In this document: positions 27,925-37,277 of the stretch, piece after piece
Layout of the letters: every line of letters starts with the position of its first letter
Position numbering within the stretch: the stretch's first letter is position 1
Assembly (NCBI GenBank): GCA_046757665.1
Contig: JBHHYO010000001.1
Span: forward strand, 49,788 to 113,787
Source of the DNA: Nitrospinales bacterium
Lineage (GTDB): Bacteria; Nitrospinota; Nitrospinia; Nitrospinales; JAJDAT01
Length of the DNA: 64,000 bases
Direction: 5' to 3'
Program-made: the position numbers and the translations under genes
Notes under the pieces: generated by a model
What the model was told of the DNA's origin: nothing
What the model saw: the letters and a program-made list of their open reading frames with translations, nothing else
The model's database searches: none

Positions 27925-29572
27925 AACCCGTCCGATGGAAAACCCGTCTTCATTTGTCCGGAAACATTATCCGGTTGGCGTCTTGCTGGCGCTCTATCTG
28001 GTCACTCGGATGATCCATTTGACCGCGCTCCCCATTTTCGGCGACGAGGCGGTTTATCTTTATTGGGCCGAACTGATCCGGGAGGATGCCGGGAATCTTT
28101 GGATTTCCCTTGAAGCCGACAACAAAAAACCTCTGTTGTTTTGGTTGCTGACGGCCGGTTTGCAAATTTTTCAGGACCCGTTATGGGCGGGCCGCATGGT
28201 CTCCGTTGCCGCGGGCGCATTCTCGCTGGTGGGAATTTATTTTGTCGGGCGCCGATTGTATTCCGTCCGGGCGGCACAAGTGACGGCTTTCCTTTACGTC
28301 GCCAGTCCGTATCACTTGTTTTTCGACCGCATGATTTATGAGTCCAGCCTGCTCAACTGCATTTTCATCTGGACGATTTGGCTGACTCTGGCGCTCTTGC
28401 GGAAGGAAAAGCAGAAGCGCTTTTTCCATCACGGGTTGCTGGCGTTGCTGGTGGGGTTGGGGTTGCTGACTCATTCCTTCGCGGTTCTGTTTGTTCTCCT
28501 GCCTTTGTTATTCAAGGTTGTTTTTTGGCGGGAGAAGGATTTTCTGCCGTGGCGCAGTGTATTGCCCGCCTGCCTGGCGGGGATAACGATAGGCGGCGCG
28601 CCCTACGGGATTTTGTACCTCACGTCGGAAAAATTTCCCATCACCAATTATTTCATACCCACCAGGCACAGCCTGGGCCAAACGGGAGTGAGCGCGCTTT
28701 TATCCGAAATGCCCGCGAAGGTCCTTGCCGGCCTGGATGGCGTTTTAAGTTACTTCACGGGTTATTTGACCTGGCCGATTTTTTTGCCGGCGGTGGTTTT
28801 TCTGGTTTGGCGGTTCAGGACATTGGACCGTGGGCAGGCGGTTTTGGCGGCATACTTTCTTTTGCCCGTTCTTGTTGTGCTCGGCACGGCCGGCAAGGGG
28901 TTTTCAAGGTACTATCTGTTTTGCGCGACGCCCTTGTTGTTGTGGGCCGGACAGGCCATGACGTTGTTCCGGGATTTTCTGCGGAAAAATTTCTCCGGAA
29001 AACCGGCCGGCGTTCTCCCGGCGGTCCTGGCTTGCGCGTTAATTTTCCCGGCGGCGCGATTCGATTATTATCTGCTCACGCGGCCGGAAAAAGCGCTGCT
29101 CCCCGATATCGACCGGTACCAGTACATCCGTAGCCGGTTCTCCGGATACGGGATACCCGAGGCGGTGCGCTTTTTCCGCGACGCGGCCCGGAACAAAAAA
29201 ATCGTTATTTTCACTTCCGTGGCCTGGGGCAACCCCGCGGACGCAATGCGTGTTTACTTGCGCGGCCATCCCAATATAGAAATTTACATGGCGTACTGGA
29301 TGTACGAGAAGCCCATGTTGCCGCGGCGGGTCGAGACGATTTTTCCGCGGCAACCGTATACCGCAAAACCGTTGCGGAAAATCCAGACCGCCGATTTGCG
29401 CGAGGTGTATTTTGTCTGGCGAACCTCGCCGAAATTTTCCCGCAAGGAGTTTCTGGCGGTAAACCCGGATTTCCGCATGATCCGGGCGTTCCGGAAACCC
29501 GGCAGTACGGTCTTCGTGGAAATCTACAAGTGGCGGTCACCCCGGACGCCGCGAAAAAACGGCAAGCCGTAA
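27914..29572 (+). CDS. GT39/ArnT-PMT family membrane glycosyltransferase
   Basis: LPIFGDEAVYLYWA, KKPLLFW, GRMVSV, FDRMI, SRYYL, multiple TM segments. Start GTG 27914 or ATG 27935. Confidence 0.8.
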   Translation: MNPETRPMENPSSFVRKHYPVGVLLALYLVTRMIHLTALPIFGDEAVYLYWAELIREDAGNLWISLEADNKKPLLFWLLTAGLQIFQDPLWAGRMVSVAAGAFSLVGIYFVGRRLYSVRAAQVTAFLYVASPYHLFFDRMIYESSLLNCIFIWTIWLTLALLRKEKQKRFFHHGLLALLVGLGLLTHSFAVLFVLLPLLFKVVFWREKDFLPWRSVLPACLAGITIGGAPYGILYLTSEKFPITNYFIPTRHSLGQTGVSALLSEMPAKVLAGLDGVLSYFTGYLTWPIFLPAVVFLVWRFRTLDRGQAVLAAYFLLPVLVVLGTAGKGFSRYYLFCATPLLLWAGQAMTLFRDFLRKNFSGKPAGVLPAVLACALIFPAARFDYYLLTRPEKALLPDIDRYQYIRSRFSGYGIPEAVRFFRDAARNKKIVIFTSVAWGNPADAMRVYLRGHPNIEIYMAYWMYEKPMLPRRVETIFPRQPYTAKPLRKIQTADLREVYFVWRTSPKFSRKEFLAVNPDFRMIRAFRKPGSTVFVEIYKWRSPRTPRKNGKP

Positions 29573-29602
29573 GTCCCACCCGCGATTCCCCGCCGCCGGC
29601 AG

Positions 29603-30295
29603 TCAGACGATTTCAAGCGAGACGCGGTTTTTATTTTTAAATTTGTTGTAGATCGTCGGGATCAGGGCGAAGAGGCCGAGCAGGGCGAAAGCCCCGAGAA
29701 CGCCGGGCGAGGCAATGTCCTTCAACGATTCGATGGAAGCCAGGTTGCTACCCGCGTTGGCGTAAACGAAGGTGCCGGGCAGGGTGCCGAACATCGTCCC
29801 GAAAAAATATACGCCCAGGCGCACCCGGGTCAGGCCGGAAACCAGGTTGATCAGGAAAAAGGGGAAGAGGGGGACCAGGCGCAGGAACAGAATATAGTTG
29901 AGGGCGTTTTTGGAAAACCCCTCGTTGAACGGCTGAAGCTTGTCGCCGAATTTTTTTTCCACCCAGTCGCGTAGCAGGAACCGCGCCACCAGAAAGGCCA
30001 GCGTTGCGCCCGCCGTTGCGCCTACGTTGACGATCAGCGTTCCCTGGAACGCGCCGAAAACCGCGCCGCCGGAAAGCGTGAGAATCGTCGCCCCCGGCAG
30101 GGAGAAAGCGACCGTCAGGATGTAAACGCCGATGAATCCAAAAATCATCGGCCACCGGTGGCTCTGGTAGTATTCGTCCAGCCGGTTCTTGTTTTCCTTG
30201 AGGCTTTCCAGGGAAAGGTACTGCCCCAGGTCGTAATAAAAAAACAGTACGACCACCACCGCGACCAGGGCCAGCAACGACAATTTTTTGGTCAC
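29603..30295 (-). CDS. TVP38/TMEM64 (DedA/VTT) family membrane protein
   Basis: SLPGATILTLSGGAVFG, GATLAFLVARF, LRLVPLFPFFLIN, GTLPGTFVYANAG. Confidence 0.92.
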   Translation of the reverse strand: MTKKLSLLALVAVVVVLFFYYDLGQYLSLESLKENKNRLDEYYQSHRWPMIFGFIGVYILTVAFSLPGATILTLSGGAVFGAFQGTLIVNVGATAGATLAFLVARFLLRDWVEKKFGDKLQPFNEGFSKNALNYILFLRLVPLFPFFLINLVSGLTRVRLGVYFFGTMFGTLPGTFVYANAGSNLASIESLKDIASPGVLGAFALLGLFALIPTIYNKFKNKNRVSLEIV

Positions 30296-31215
30296 GACCG
30301 TCCTCCCTTGAAAACCTCCGTATCGGGATGAAAGGAGTACCAGGCGAACCAGAAACCCACCACGGACGGCAGTTCCTTGCCCGCGCGATCCCGGATCACG
30401 GCGGTTTGCGACGAGTTGTCGTAAAAAATGTTCACGGGCACCCCGCCGACGGTGTCCTTCACCATCGGTTTGCTCTTGGCCAATTCCGAAAACGGGTAGG
30501 CCTTGGTTTTGCCGCCGATTTCGATTCCGACCACTCTTTCCTTGGGGTGGTAAAGGTTACTGCGGTTATTGACGGAAAACATGATGTCGGGGCTGGTGTA
30601 GTAGCCTTCGTAGGGGTCGCGGTAATAGTTGCGCCGGTAACCGGTGTCGGTTGACAGGATCAGGGAGTCGGGGTGTTTTTTTCTCCATGCTCCCCAGGTC
30701 GTGTAGGAGGAGGGCAGGAGCACCAGCCGGGTGTCGGTCATCTTCCCGGTCACCGCCTGCGATTTGATCTGCGACCAAAGGCTTTCGGTTTGATGGTCAT
30801 AGAGCAGAACGTCGCTCTGGTAGAGCAGTCCGGACACGCCGAACGTCATTTGGCGGCCCTTGATCGTCGCGTCAAAAACCATTCCGGTTCCGCACAGGGG
30901 GCAGAAGGAGATGACCACGGCTTGCCCGCCGACCCGGTCGTTGACGATTTCGTGCCAGTTGAGGATTTTGATGGGGTAGGCCTTGGCCTGTCCGTTCAAA
31001 AACAGTCCCAGAACGCGGTCGCTGTCTTTCAGGTGTTCCGTTTCAGCTTCCGCCGCGGCGATGAATTTGGGTTTCAGCAATGCGGGAATGCCGTCCTTGG
31101 GCGGTCCGCCGCTGTGTATCTCGTCCAGGGGAATGTTATGCCTGGACTTGTCGAATCCCGTGGAAAAAATCATCATGGAAACGGCCAGCAAGAGCGCAAG
31201 CAATTTGGTATTCAT
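30292..31215 (-). CDS. DUF3179 domain exported protein
   Basis: Signal peptide [85 protein letters not shown]. Confidence 0.9.
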   Translation of the reverse strand: MNTKLLALLLAVSMMIFSTGFDKSRHNIPLDEIHSGGPPKDGIPALLKPKFIAAAEAETEHLKDSDRVLGLFLNGQAKAYPIKILNWHEIVNDRVGGQAVVISFCPLCGTGMVFDATIKGRQMTFGVSGLLYQSDVLLYDHQTESLWSQIKSQAVTGKMTDTRLVLLPSSYTTWGAWRKKHPDSLILSTDTGYRRNYYRDPYEGYYTSPDIMFSVNNRSNLYHPKERVVGIEIGGKTKAYPFSELAKSKPMVKDTVGGVPVNIFYDNSSQTAVIRDRAGKELPSVVGFWFAWYSFHPDTEVFKGGRS

Positions 31216-31357
31216 GGTGTTCCGACTCCTTTTTGTTGGGGCTCCTGCTTGGTCGGGGTCCGCCGTCCATTCCTTACAGACATGCGGTTCTCCTTCGCGT
31301 TGGCGGAGAATGTCCAAACAACTTTATGTTTTTCCTGGATTATTATATAATTTTTCC

Positions 31358-33544
31358 ATGCGAAACATGTCAGGGAAATCCCGGTTAGTTATAATCTGGG
31401 GCGCGGTTCTTCTTCTGTTGTTGGCGCCGCCCCTGGTTCTTCCGTTGAAGCCGGGCCTTGCGCCCTGGGCAGACACCGCCACGGAAGCGAACACCGCTCC
31501 GCCACCGGTACGCAAGCATTATAACAGGCTGGCCGCGGAAAAAAGCCCCTATCTGTTGCAACATGCCGACAACCCCATCTTCTGGTATCCCTGGGGCGAG
31601 GCGGCTTTTAAGGCCGCGCGCGAAGAGGACAAGCCCATCTTTCTCAGCATCGGTTATTCCACCTGCCACTGGTGCCACGTCCTGGAAAAAGAGTCGTTTG
31701 AAGACCGGCAAGTGGCGGATGTGCTGAACGAGGGTTTCATCTGCATCAAAGTGGACCGGGAAGAACATCCGGATGTGGACAAAATTTACATGGATGCCGT
31801 TCAGGCAATGACCGGAAGCGGCGGCTGGCCGTTGACGGTGGTGATGGGTCCCGACCTGATGCCGTTTTTCGGCGGCACATATTTCCCCAAGGAGGACCTG
31901 ATTCAAATCCTGCAAACCTTGAACGTTGCCTGGCAGAAGGACAGGGTAAAGATCGCGGCTATCGGCAAAAAAGTTCAGAGCTATTTGAATTCGCGGAATG
32001 TTTTATCCGCCGGATCGATAACGCTGGACGAGGGTGTGTTGAAACAAGCCTATCGGCGGATGCTCGCCCGATTCGATCCCGAGTACGGCGGATTCGGGCA
32101 CAGGCCCAAATTCCCTCCCACCATGAAACTGGGCCTGCTTGGCCGTATCGCCCGCCGCTCCGGCGAACCCAAAGCCTTGAAGATGGTGGCCGAGACGTTG
32201 GAATACATGGCGCGCGGCGGCATGTACGATCATCTCGGCGGCGGGTTCCACCGCTATTCCACCGACCGGGAATGGCTGACGCCGCATTTCGAAAAAATGC
32301 TTTACGATCAGGCGGCGCTGGCCAGAGTATATCTGGAGGGTTTTCAATTGACCGGAAACCCGATGTTCGAGCAAGTGGCGCGTGGCGTTCTGGATTATGT
32401 GCTCAGGGATATGACCGGGCCGCAGGGCCAGTTCTATTCGGCGGAGGACGCGGACAGCGAAGGCGTGGAAGGCAAGTTTTACGTTTGGTCCCTTCAGGAG
32501 TTGAAGAAGCATTTGAGCGAATCGGAATACCGGCGGTTCGCGGCCGTTTATGACGTTTCCGGCGAAGGAAATTTCGATCTCCCCGGACAGTCCGCGGCCA
32601 ACATTTTGGCCCTGAAGCAAGACGCGGACTGGCAGGCCAGGCAGGCGCTGGCATCCATCCGGCGCAAGCTGTTGCAAATCAGAAACCGCCGCGTTCATCC
32701 CTTCAAGGACGATAAAACCATAACCGCCTGGAATGGGTTGATGCTGGGGTCCCTGGCCAAGGCCTACCAGGTTCTGGGCGACGAGAAATACCTGAAAGCC
32801 GCGCGCCGCGCCGCGCGGTTCCTGCAAACCCACCTGTACCGTAGCGGCAAGTTACTGCGCCGCTACCGCCAGGGCGACGCCGAATACCCGGGAACCCTGG
32901 ACGACTACGCTTATCTCGTTCAAGGTCTGCTCACTCTTTACGAAGCGGATTTCGACGCCGCCTGGTTCCGCTGGGCGCGCGAACTGCAAGCCAAACAGGA
33001 TGAGTTACTTTGGGACGGCGACGGGTGGGGATACTTTTTTTCCGAGGCCGATTCCAATTTCCTGCCCCTGCGAAAAAAAGAGTTTCACGATAACGCCCGC
33101 CCCAGCGGCAACGGCGTAGCGGTTTTGAATCTCCTGCGCCTTTACAACTTCACCCTGGACGGGAGTTATAAAACCAAGGCGCAAAATGTCTTGAAAGGGA
33201 TTGGCGAACGCCTGACGCGGTTTCCCAACGGCTATTCGCAAATGTTGATCGCGCTGGATTTTTATCTGGACCGCGCCAAGCAGGTCGCCGTGGTCGGCGA
33301 CGCGCGCTCTCCGGCCAACAAGACCATTCTGCGGGCGTTTCAGACCCGGTTCCTGCCGAACAAAATTCTTGCCTTCAAATCCTCCTCCGACTCCGCGGCG
33401 GCACTGCCTGTCCTGAAAGACAAGGTCACCGCCCAGGGCAAAACCACCGTGTACGTCTGCGAGGAAAACGTCTGCAAATACCCGACCAGCGACCTGGACA
33501 AGGCCATCGCCCTTGCCGACGACCCCAGACATTATAAGCTTTAG
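31358..33544 (+). CDS. DUF255 thioredoxin-domain / (alpha/alpha)6 protein (YyaL/SPATA20 family) with N-terminal hydrophobic segment
   Basis: [77 protein letters not shown]. Confidence 0.93.
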   Translation: MRNMSGKSRLVIIWGAVLLLLLAPPLVLPLKPGLAPWADTATEANTAPPPVRKHYNRLAAEKSPYLLQHADNPIFWYPWGEAAFKAAREEDKPIFLSIGYSTCHWCHVLEKESFEDRQVADVLNEGFICIKVDREEHPDVDKIYMDAVQAMTGSGGWPLTVVMGPDLMPFFGGTYFPKEDLIQILQTLNVAWQKDRVKIAAIGKKVQSYLNSRNVLSAGSITLDEGVLKQAYRRMLARFDPEYGGFGHRPKFPPTMKLGLLGRIARRSGEPKALKMVAETLEYMARGGMYDHLGGGFHRYSTDREWLTPHFEKMLYDQAALARVYLEGFQLTGNPMFEQVARGVLDYVLRDMTGPQGQFYSAEDADSEGVEGKFYVWSLQELKKHLSESEYRRFAAVYDVSGEGNFDLPGQSAANILALKQDADWQARQALASIRRKLLQIRNRRVHPFKDDKTITAWNGLMLGSLAKAYQVLGDEKYLKAARRAARFLQTHLYRSGKLLRRYRQGDAEYPGTLDDYAYLVQGLLTLYEADFDAAWFRWARELQAKQDELLWDGDGWGYFFSEADSNFLPLRKKEFHDNARPSGNGVAVLNLLRLYNFTLDGSYKTKAQNVLKGIGERLTRFPNGYSQMLIALDFYLDRAKQVAVVGDARSPANKTILRAFQTRFLPNKILAFKSSSDSAAALPVLKDKVTAQGKTTVYVCEENVCKYPTSDLDKAIALADDPRHYKL

Positions 33545-33561
33545 CTAAAAACGGACAAACT

Positions 33562-33590
33562 TGTTATAATAAATTTTTCCTTGCAAGGAG
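33562..33590 (+). promoter_or_regulatory. Extended -10 promoter and SD upstream of the DUF3050 gene
   Basis: TGtTATAAT at 33562-33570 and AAGGAG at 33585-33590, ahead of GTG 33597. Confidence 0.5.
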
Positions 33591-33596
33591 TATGTT

Positions 33597-34436
33597 GTGG
33601 AAACAGCCAAACTGGGTGAACATTCGACCGCTTTTGAGGAAAACGTTTCCTCACTCGAGCCATTCCTCAAAATCATTCGTCCCCGTCATGACGCATTGAT
33701 GGAGCATCCCGTCTATTCTCAAGTTGCGGATGTTGCCTCACTGCGGCTGTTCATGGAGTCGCATGTGTTTGCGGTGTGGGATTTCATGGCGCTTCTCAAG
33801 ACGTTGCAGAAGCGGTTGACGTGTGTCGATGCGCTTTGGCTACCGCCCAAGGATACGGATTCGGCGCGATTGGTGAACGAGATTGTTTTGGCCGAGGAGA
33901 CGGACGAAGTTCAGGCCGGGAGTTATTTCAGCCATTTCGGGCTTTATCTGTCGGCAATGCGGGAAGTCGGCGCCAACACCCGGCCCGCCTTGAGTTTTAT
34001 TGATGCCTTGACGGGGGGGATCATTCCCGAGGTGGCCATGATGCCCCTTGCGGTTTCCCAATCGACACGGGACTTTGTCAATTCCACCCTGGAGATCGCC
34101 GGCAGGTCGAGCCATGAAGTGGCCGCGGCTTTTCTGTTTGGCCGGGAGGAAATTACGGGTCCGATGTTCCGGCAGATTTTGCGGAAACTGGAAGAGTTCC
34201 GTGGCCAGCCCTGTCCCGCGTTTCGCCTGTATCTGCGCCGCCATATCCACCTCGATGAAACACAGCACGTGCCGATGGGGAGAAAGTTACTGGAAAACCT
34301 CTGCAAACACGATCCGATGAAGTGGCGGGAATCCCTGGCCGCCGCCCTAGCCGCCCTGGAAGCGCGCCGCCGTTTGTGGGACGGCGTGGTCCGCTCCATA
34401 GCCGAACGGGAGCGCGGCGGGGGTGATAACGATTGA
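33597..34436 (+). CDS. DUF3050 family heme-oxygenase-like (HDO) protein
   Basis: FMESHVFAVWDFMALLKTLQ, RLVNEIVLAEETD, SHFGLYL, FGREE, YLRRHIHLD..QH. Confidence 0.85.
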   Translation: METAKLGEHSTAFEENVSSLEPFLKIIRPRHDALMEHPVYSQVADVASLRLFMESHVFAVWDFMALLKTLQKRLTCVDALWLPPKDTDSARLVNEIVLAEETDEVQAGSYFSHFGLYLSAMREVGANTRPALSFIDALTGGIIPEVAMMPLAVSQSTRDFVNSTLEIAGRSSHEVAAAFLFGREEITGPMFRQILRKLEEFRGQPCPAFRLYLRRHIHLDETQHVPMGRKLLENLCKHDPMKWRESLAAALAALEARRRLWDGVVRSIAERERGGGDND

Positions 34437-34494
34437 GCGGCTTTCCCTTGCCTTTTAGGGAGCACACCCCCCCACCCGGCCAAAGAGAACCGAC

Positions 34495-36405
34495 ATGCCG
34501 TTTAAACTGATAGGCGCTCTTTACTTTTTTTGCTTGCTGGAAAATTTTCTCATCCGCACCGTCCTGACCGTCAAGGAGTTCGGCCTCCTGGACAAGCCCA
34601 TCGCGGACATCCCCAGAATTTATCTTGTCGGTTTCTATTACGATTCCCTGTGTTTCAGCTACATTCTGATCCCCATCGTTTTATACCTGGCGCTTCTTCC
34701 AAAAGCCGTTTTGAATTCGAGAATTCATAAACGGGCGGTGCAGGTTTTTTTCTTTTTGTTGATCGCCTTGTTTTCTTTTCAAGCCCACGCGGAATGGTTT
34801 TTCTGGAATGAATTTACCAACCGATTCAATTTCATTGCCGTCGATTACCTGGTTTATACGACGGAAGTGGTCGGCAATATTGTGGAATCCTATCCCATGC
34901 ACTGGGTGTGGACCTCGGTGTTGCTGTCCTCCGCGCTGATTTATTTTTTGGGAAGAAAAACCATCGCCGCGGCGGCGGATGTTTCCATCCGGGCCGGCTT
35001 GGCGCGCCGCTCTGCGGCGGGGTGTTCGCTCTTGTTGCTCCCGGCGCTTGCCTGGTTTGTTTTGGGCGGTTTTTTGCGGGACGTTTCCCCGAACCGCGTG
35101 GTTGACCAGTTGGCCAAAAACGGATTGTATGAAGGGTTTTCCGCGTTTCGCAATAATGAGCTGGACTACTACACGTTTTACAAGACCTTCGACGACCGGG
35201 TCGTCATGGATGTCATGAAAAAAGAATTGAGCGCCGAAAACAGCCGGTTCATCGCCGATGCGCCCGTCCCCCTTGCCCGGCTCATTTCCAATCCGGGGCC
35301 GGAGCACAGATATAACGTCGTGATGATTGTTGTCGAAAGCCTGAGCGCCAGGTTTCTGGGTGTTTTCGGCGGCCCGTTTCATATAACGCCCTACCTGGAC
35401 CGTATCGCGGGGCAGTCGTTGTTGTTCACCAACTTCTATGCAACCGGCAACAGGACGGTGCGTGGACTGGAAGCCCTTATGTTGTCGGTTCCGCCCACTC
35501 CCGGCCACTCGATTTTGAAGCGCCCCGACAGCGAACACCTGTTCACCATGGGGCCGCTGTTTGCGCGCCGGGGATACGACAACAAATTCCTCTACGGCGG
35601 GTACGGCTATTTTGACAACATGAATTATTTTTTCGAACACAACGGGTTTCAAAAAATAGACCGAACGGATTTGAAGCGGAGCGAAATCGATTTCGCCAAC
35701 GTCTGGGGCGTGGCCGATGAAAATATATTGCAAAAGTCGCTGAAGGAGGCGGACAAGTCTTACGCCCAGGGACGGCCGTTTTTCCATTTTGTCTTGACCA
35801 CGTCCAACCATCTTCCCTTCACGTTTCCGGAGGGGCGGATCGACGTGCCCTCCAAATCCGGAGCAGTCGGGGGAATAAAGTATACGGATTATGCAATCGG
35901 CACATTCCTGGAGCGGGCCGCCGAAAAACCGTGGTTCGACAATACTATTTTCGTTGTCGTCGCCGATCATTGCATGGGTGGCAAGGGAAAGACCCATATT
36001 CCCATCCCCAATTACCATATCCCGCTGATCATCTACGCCCCAAAAATCGTCAAACCCGGAATCATCGACAAACTGGCCAGCCAGATGGATGTCGCCCCGA
36101 CCCTGCTGGGCCTGCTCCATTTCACCTATAAAAGCAAGTTTCTCGGCAAGGATATTCTGAAAATGAAAAAGAGCGAGGAACGGGCCCTGCTTGGCACCCA
36201 CGAAAACCTTGGTTTTCTTAGAGACGGAACGCTGGTTACCCTGTCGCCGAAAAATAAGGTGGAGTACTTCGCGTTCAATCCAAAAGACCGAACGATGCAG
36301 GCCGCCGCGCCGGACACGCGGAAGTTGAAGAAAGCCGTCGGTTATTACCAGTACGCCAGTTACCTGCTGACCCGTAACCTTTACAAGCGTTATGACCGTT
36401 CCTGA
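34495..36405 (+). CDS. LTA synthase family / sulfatase-fold phosphoglycerol transferase
   Basis: N-terminal TM block; EFTNRFNFIAVDYL, NVVMIVVESLS, GNRTVRG (catalytic Thr), TTSNHLP, VADH, SQMDVAPT. Confidence 0.9.
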   Translation: MPFKLIGALYFFCLLENFLIRTVLTVKEFGLLDKPIADIPRIYLVGFYYDSLCFSYILIPIVLYLALLPKAVLNSRIHKRAVQVFFFLLIALFSFQAHAEWFFWNEFTNRFNFIAVDYLVYTTEVVGNIVESYPMHWVWTSVLLSSALIYFLGRKTIAAAADVSIRAGLARRSAAGCSLLLLPALAWFVLGGFLRDVSPNRVVDQLAKNGLYEGFSAFRNNELDYYTFYKTFDDRVVMDVMKKELSAENSRFIADAPVPLARLISNPGPEHRYNVVMIVVESLSARFLGVFGGPFHITPYLDRIAGQSLLFTNFYATGNRTVRGLEALMLSVPPTPGHSILKRPDSEHLFTMGPLFARRGYDNKFLYGGYGYFDNMNYFFEHNGFQKIDRTDLKRSEIDFANVWGVADENILQKSLKEADKSYAQGRPFFHFVLTTSNHLPFTFPEGRIDVPSKSGAVGGIKYTDYAIGTFLERAAEKPWFDNTIFVVVADHCMGGKGKTHIPIPNYHIPLIIYAPKIVKPGIIDKLASQMDVAPTLLGLLHFTYKSKFLGKDILKMKKSEERALLGTHENLGFLRDGTLVTLSPKNKVEYFAFNPKDRTMQAAAPDTRKLKKAVGYYQYASYLLTRNLYKRYDRS

Positions 36406-37277
36406 GGCATGATAAGTTGAATCCGGTGAGGCGAAACGGTGACGGTCGCCGGCAGGGAGCCGGCACTGTCGCCGTCGGCTTGAACGGGTTCGGACCGCCC
36501 GCTGGTTATCGCAATGCGTTGTGCCCCGGAAATTTGCTTTCCGGGGCTTTGCCGGCCCAGGCCGAGAGCTACGAGGCCGCGGATGACGCCAGCCCGGCTC
36601 TCACCGCCGAACAGGGAAACGACAAAGCCCGGCTGTTGCAGATCGGCTGACGGAGCCTGTAAAAATTTTCCGCCGTAATACCGGCCGTTTGAGATGACGG
36701 CCCACGCCGCCCGGTATTCGGAACCGTCGATTGTTACCGTGAGGCTCGGCGGCGGTCGTTCCAGCAGATGCTTCAGCGCCAGGATCAAATATGCGCCCTT
36801 GCCGAAACGTTTCTTGAGCCGGGGCGGAACGCCGGCGACGGCGCGGGCGTCAAATCCGGCGCTGGCCATCAAGAGGAAAACACGGCCATTGAGGTCTCCC
36901 AAATGAATGGGCTGTGCGGCGCCGAAAGCAATGGCGTGGGCGGCGCATTCGGGCGTTGGCTCAAGGCCGATTTCGGCGGCCAGGACGTTTGCCGTGCCGA
37001 CAGGAATGATGCCCAGTGGCACGGACTCGCCGAGGAGGCCGTTGGCCGCTTCACGAATGGTCCCGTCGCCGCCCGCCGCGATGACGGCCTCGCAGGCGCC
37101 GCTTCTTGCGGCGTCCCGGGCCAGACTTTCCCCGTCGCCGGGCCGCCCGGTCTCCCGCACCTCAAGGCGCATTCCGAAGTCTTCCAGTTTACGGATCGTC
37201 GATTGAAGAACCCCCCCCTTTTGCCCCGCGGCGGGATTATGAATGATGCAGACCCGCTGTCGAAGCATAACCGTCAT
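36390..37277 (-). CDS. Diacylglycerol kinase family lipid kinase (DgkB/YegS-like)
   Basis: IIHNPAAG, AGGDGTIREAANG, LGIIPVGTANVLA, SNGRYYGG, QADGD. ATG at 37277 overlaps the TPR gene stop (ATGA). Confidence 0.9.
   Translation of the reverse strand: MTVMLRQRVCIIHNPAAGQKGGVLQSTIRKLEDFGMRLEVRETGRPGDGESLARDAARSGACEAVIAAGGDGTIREAANGLLGESVPLGIIPVGTANVLAAEIGLEPTPECAAHAIAFGAAQPIHLGDLNGRVFLLMASAGFDARAVAGVPPRLKKRFGKGAYLILALKHLLERPPPSLTVTIDGSEYRAAWAVISNGRYYGGKFLQAPSADLQQPGFVVSLFGGESRAGVIRGLVALGLGRQSPGKQISGAQRIAITSGRSEPVQADGDSAGSLPATVTVSPHRIQLIMPQERS

Noticed and set aside
30292-31215. Selenoprotein form of DUF3179
   Set aside because: The motif is CPLC with ordinary Cys codons and there is no in-frame TGA.
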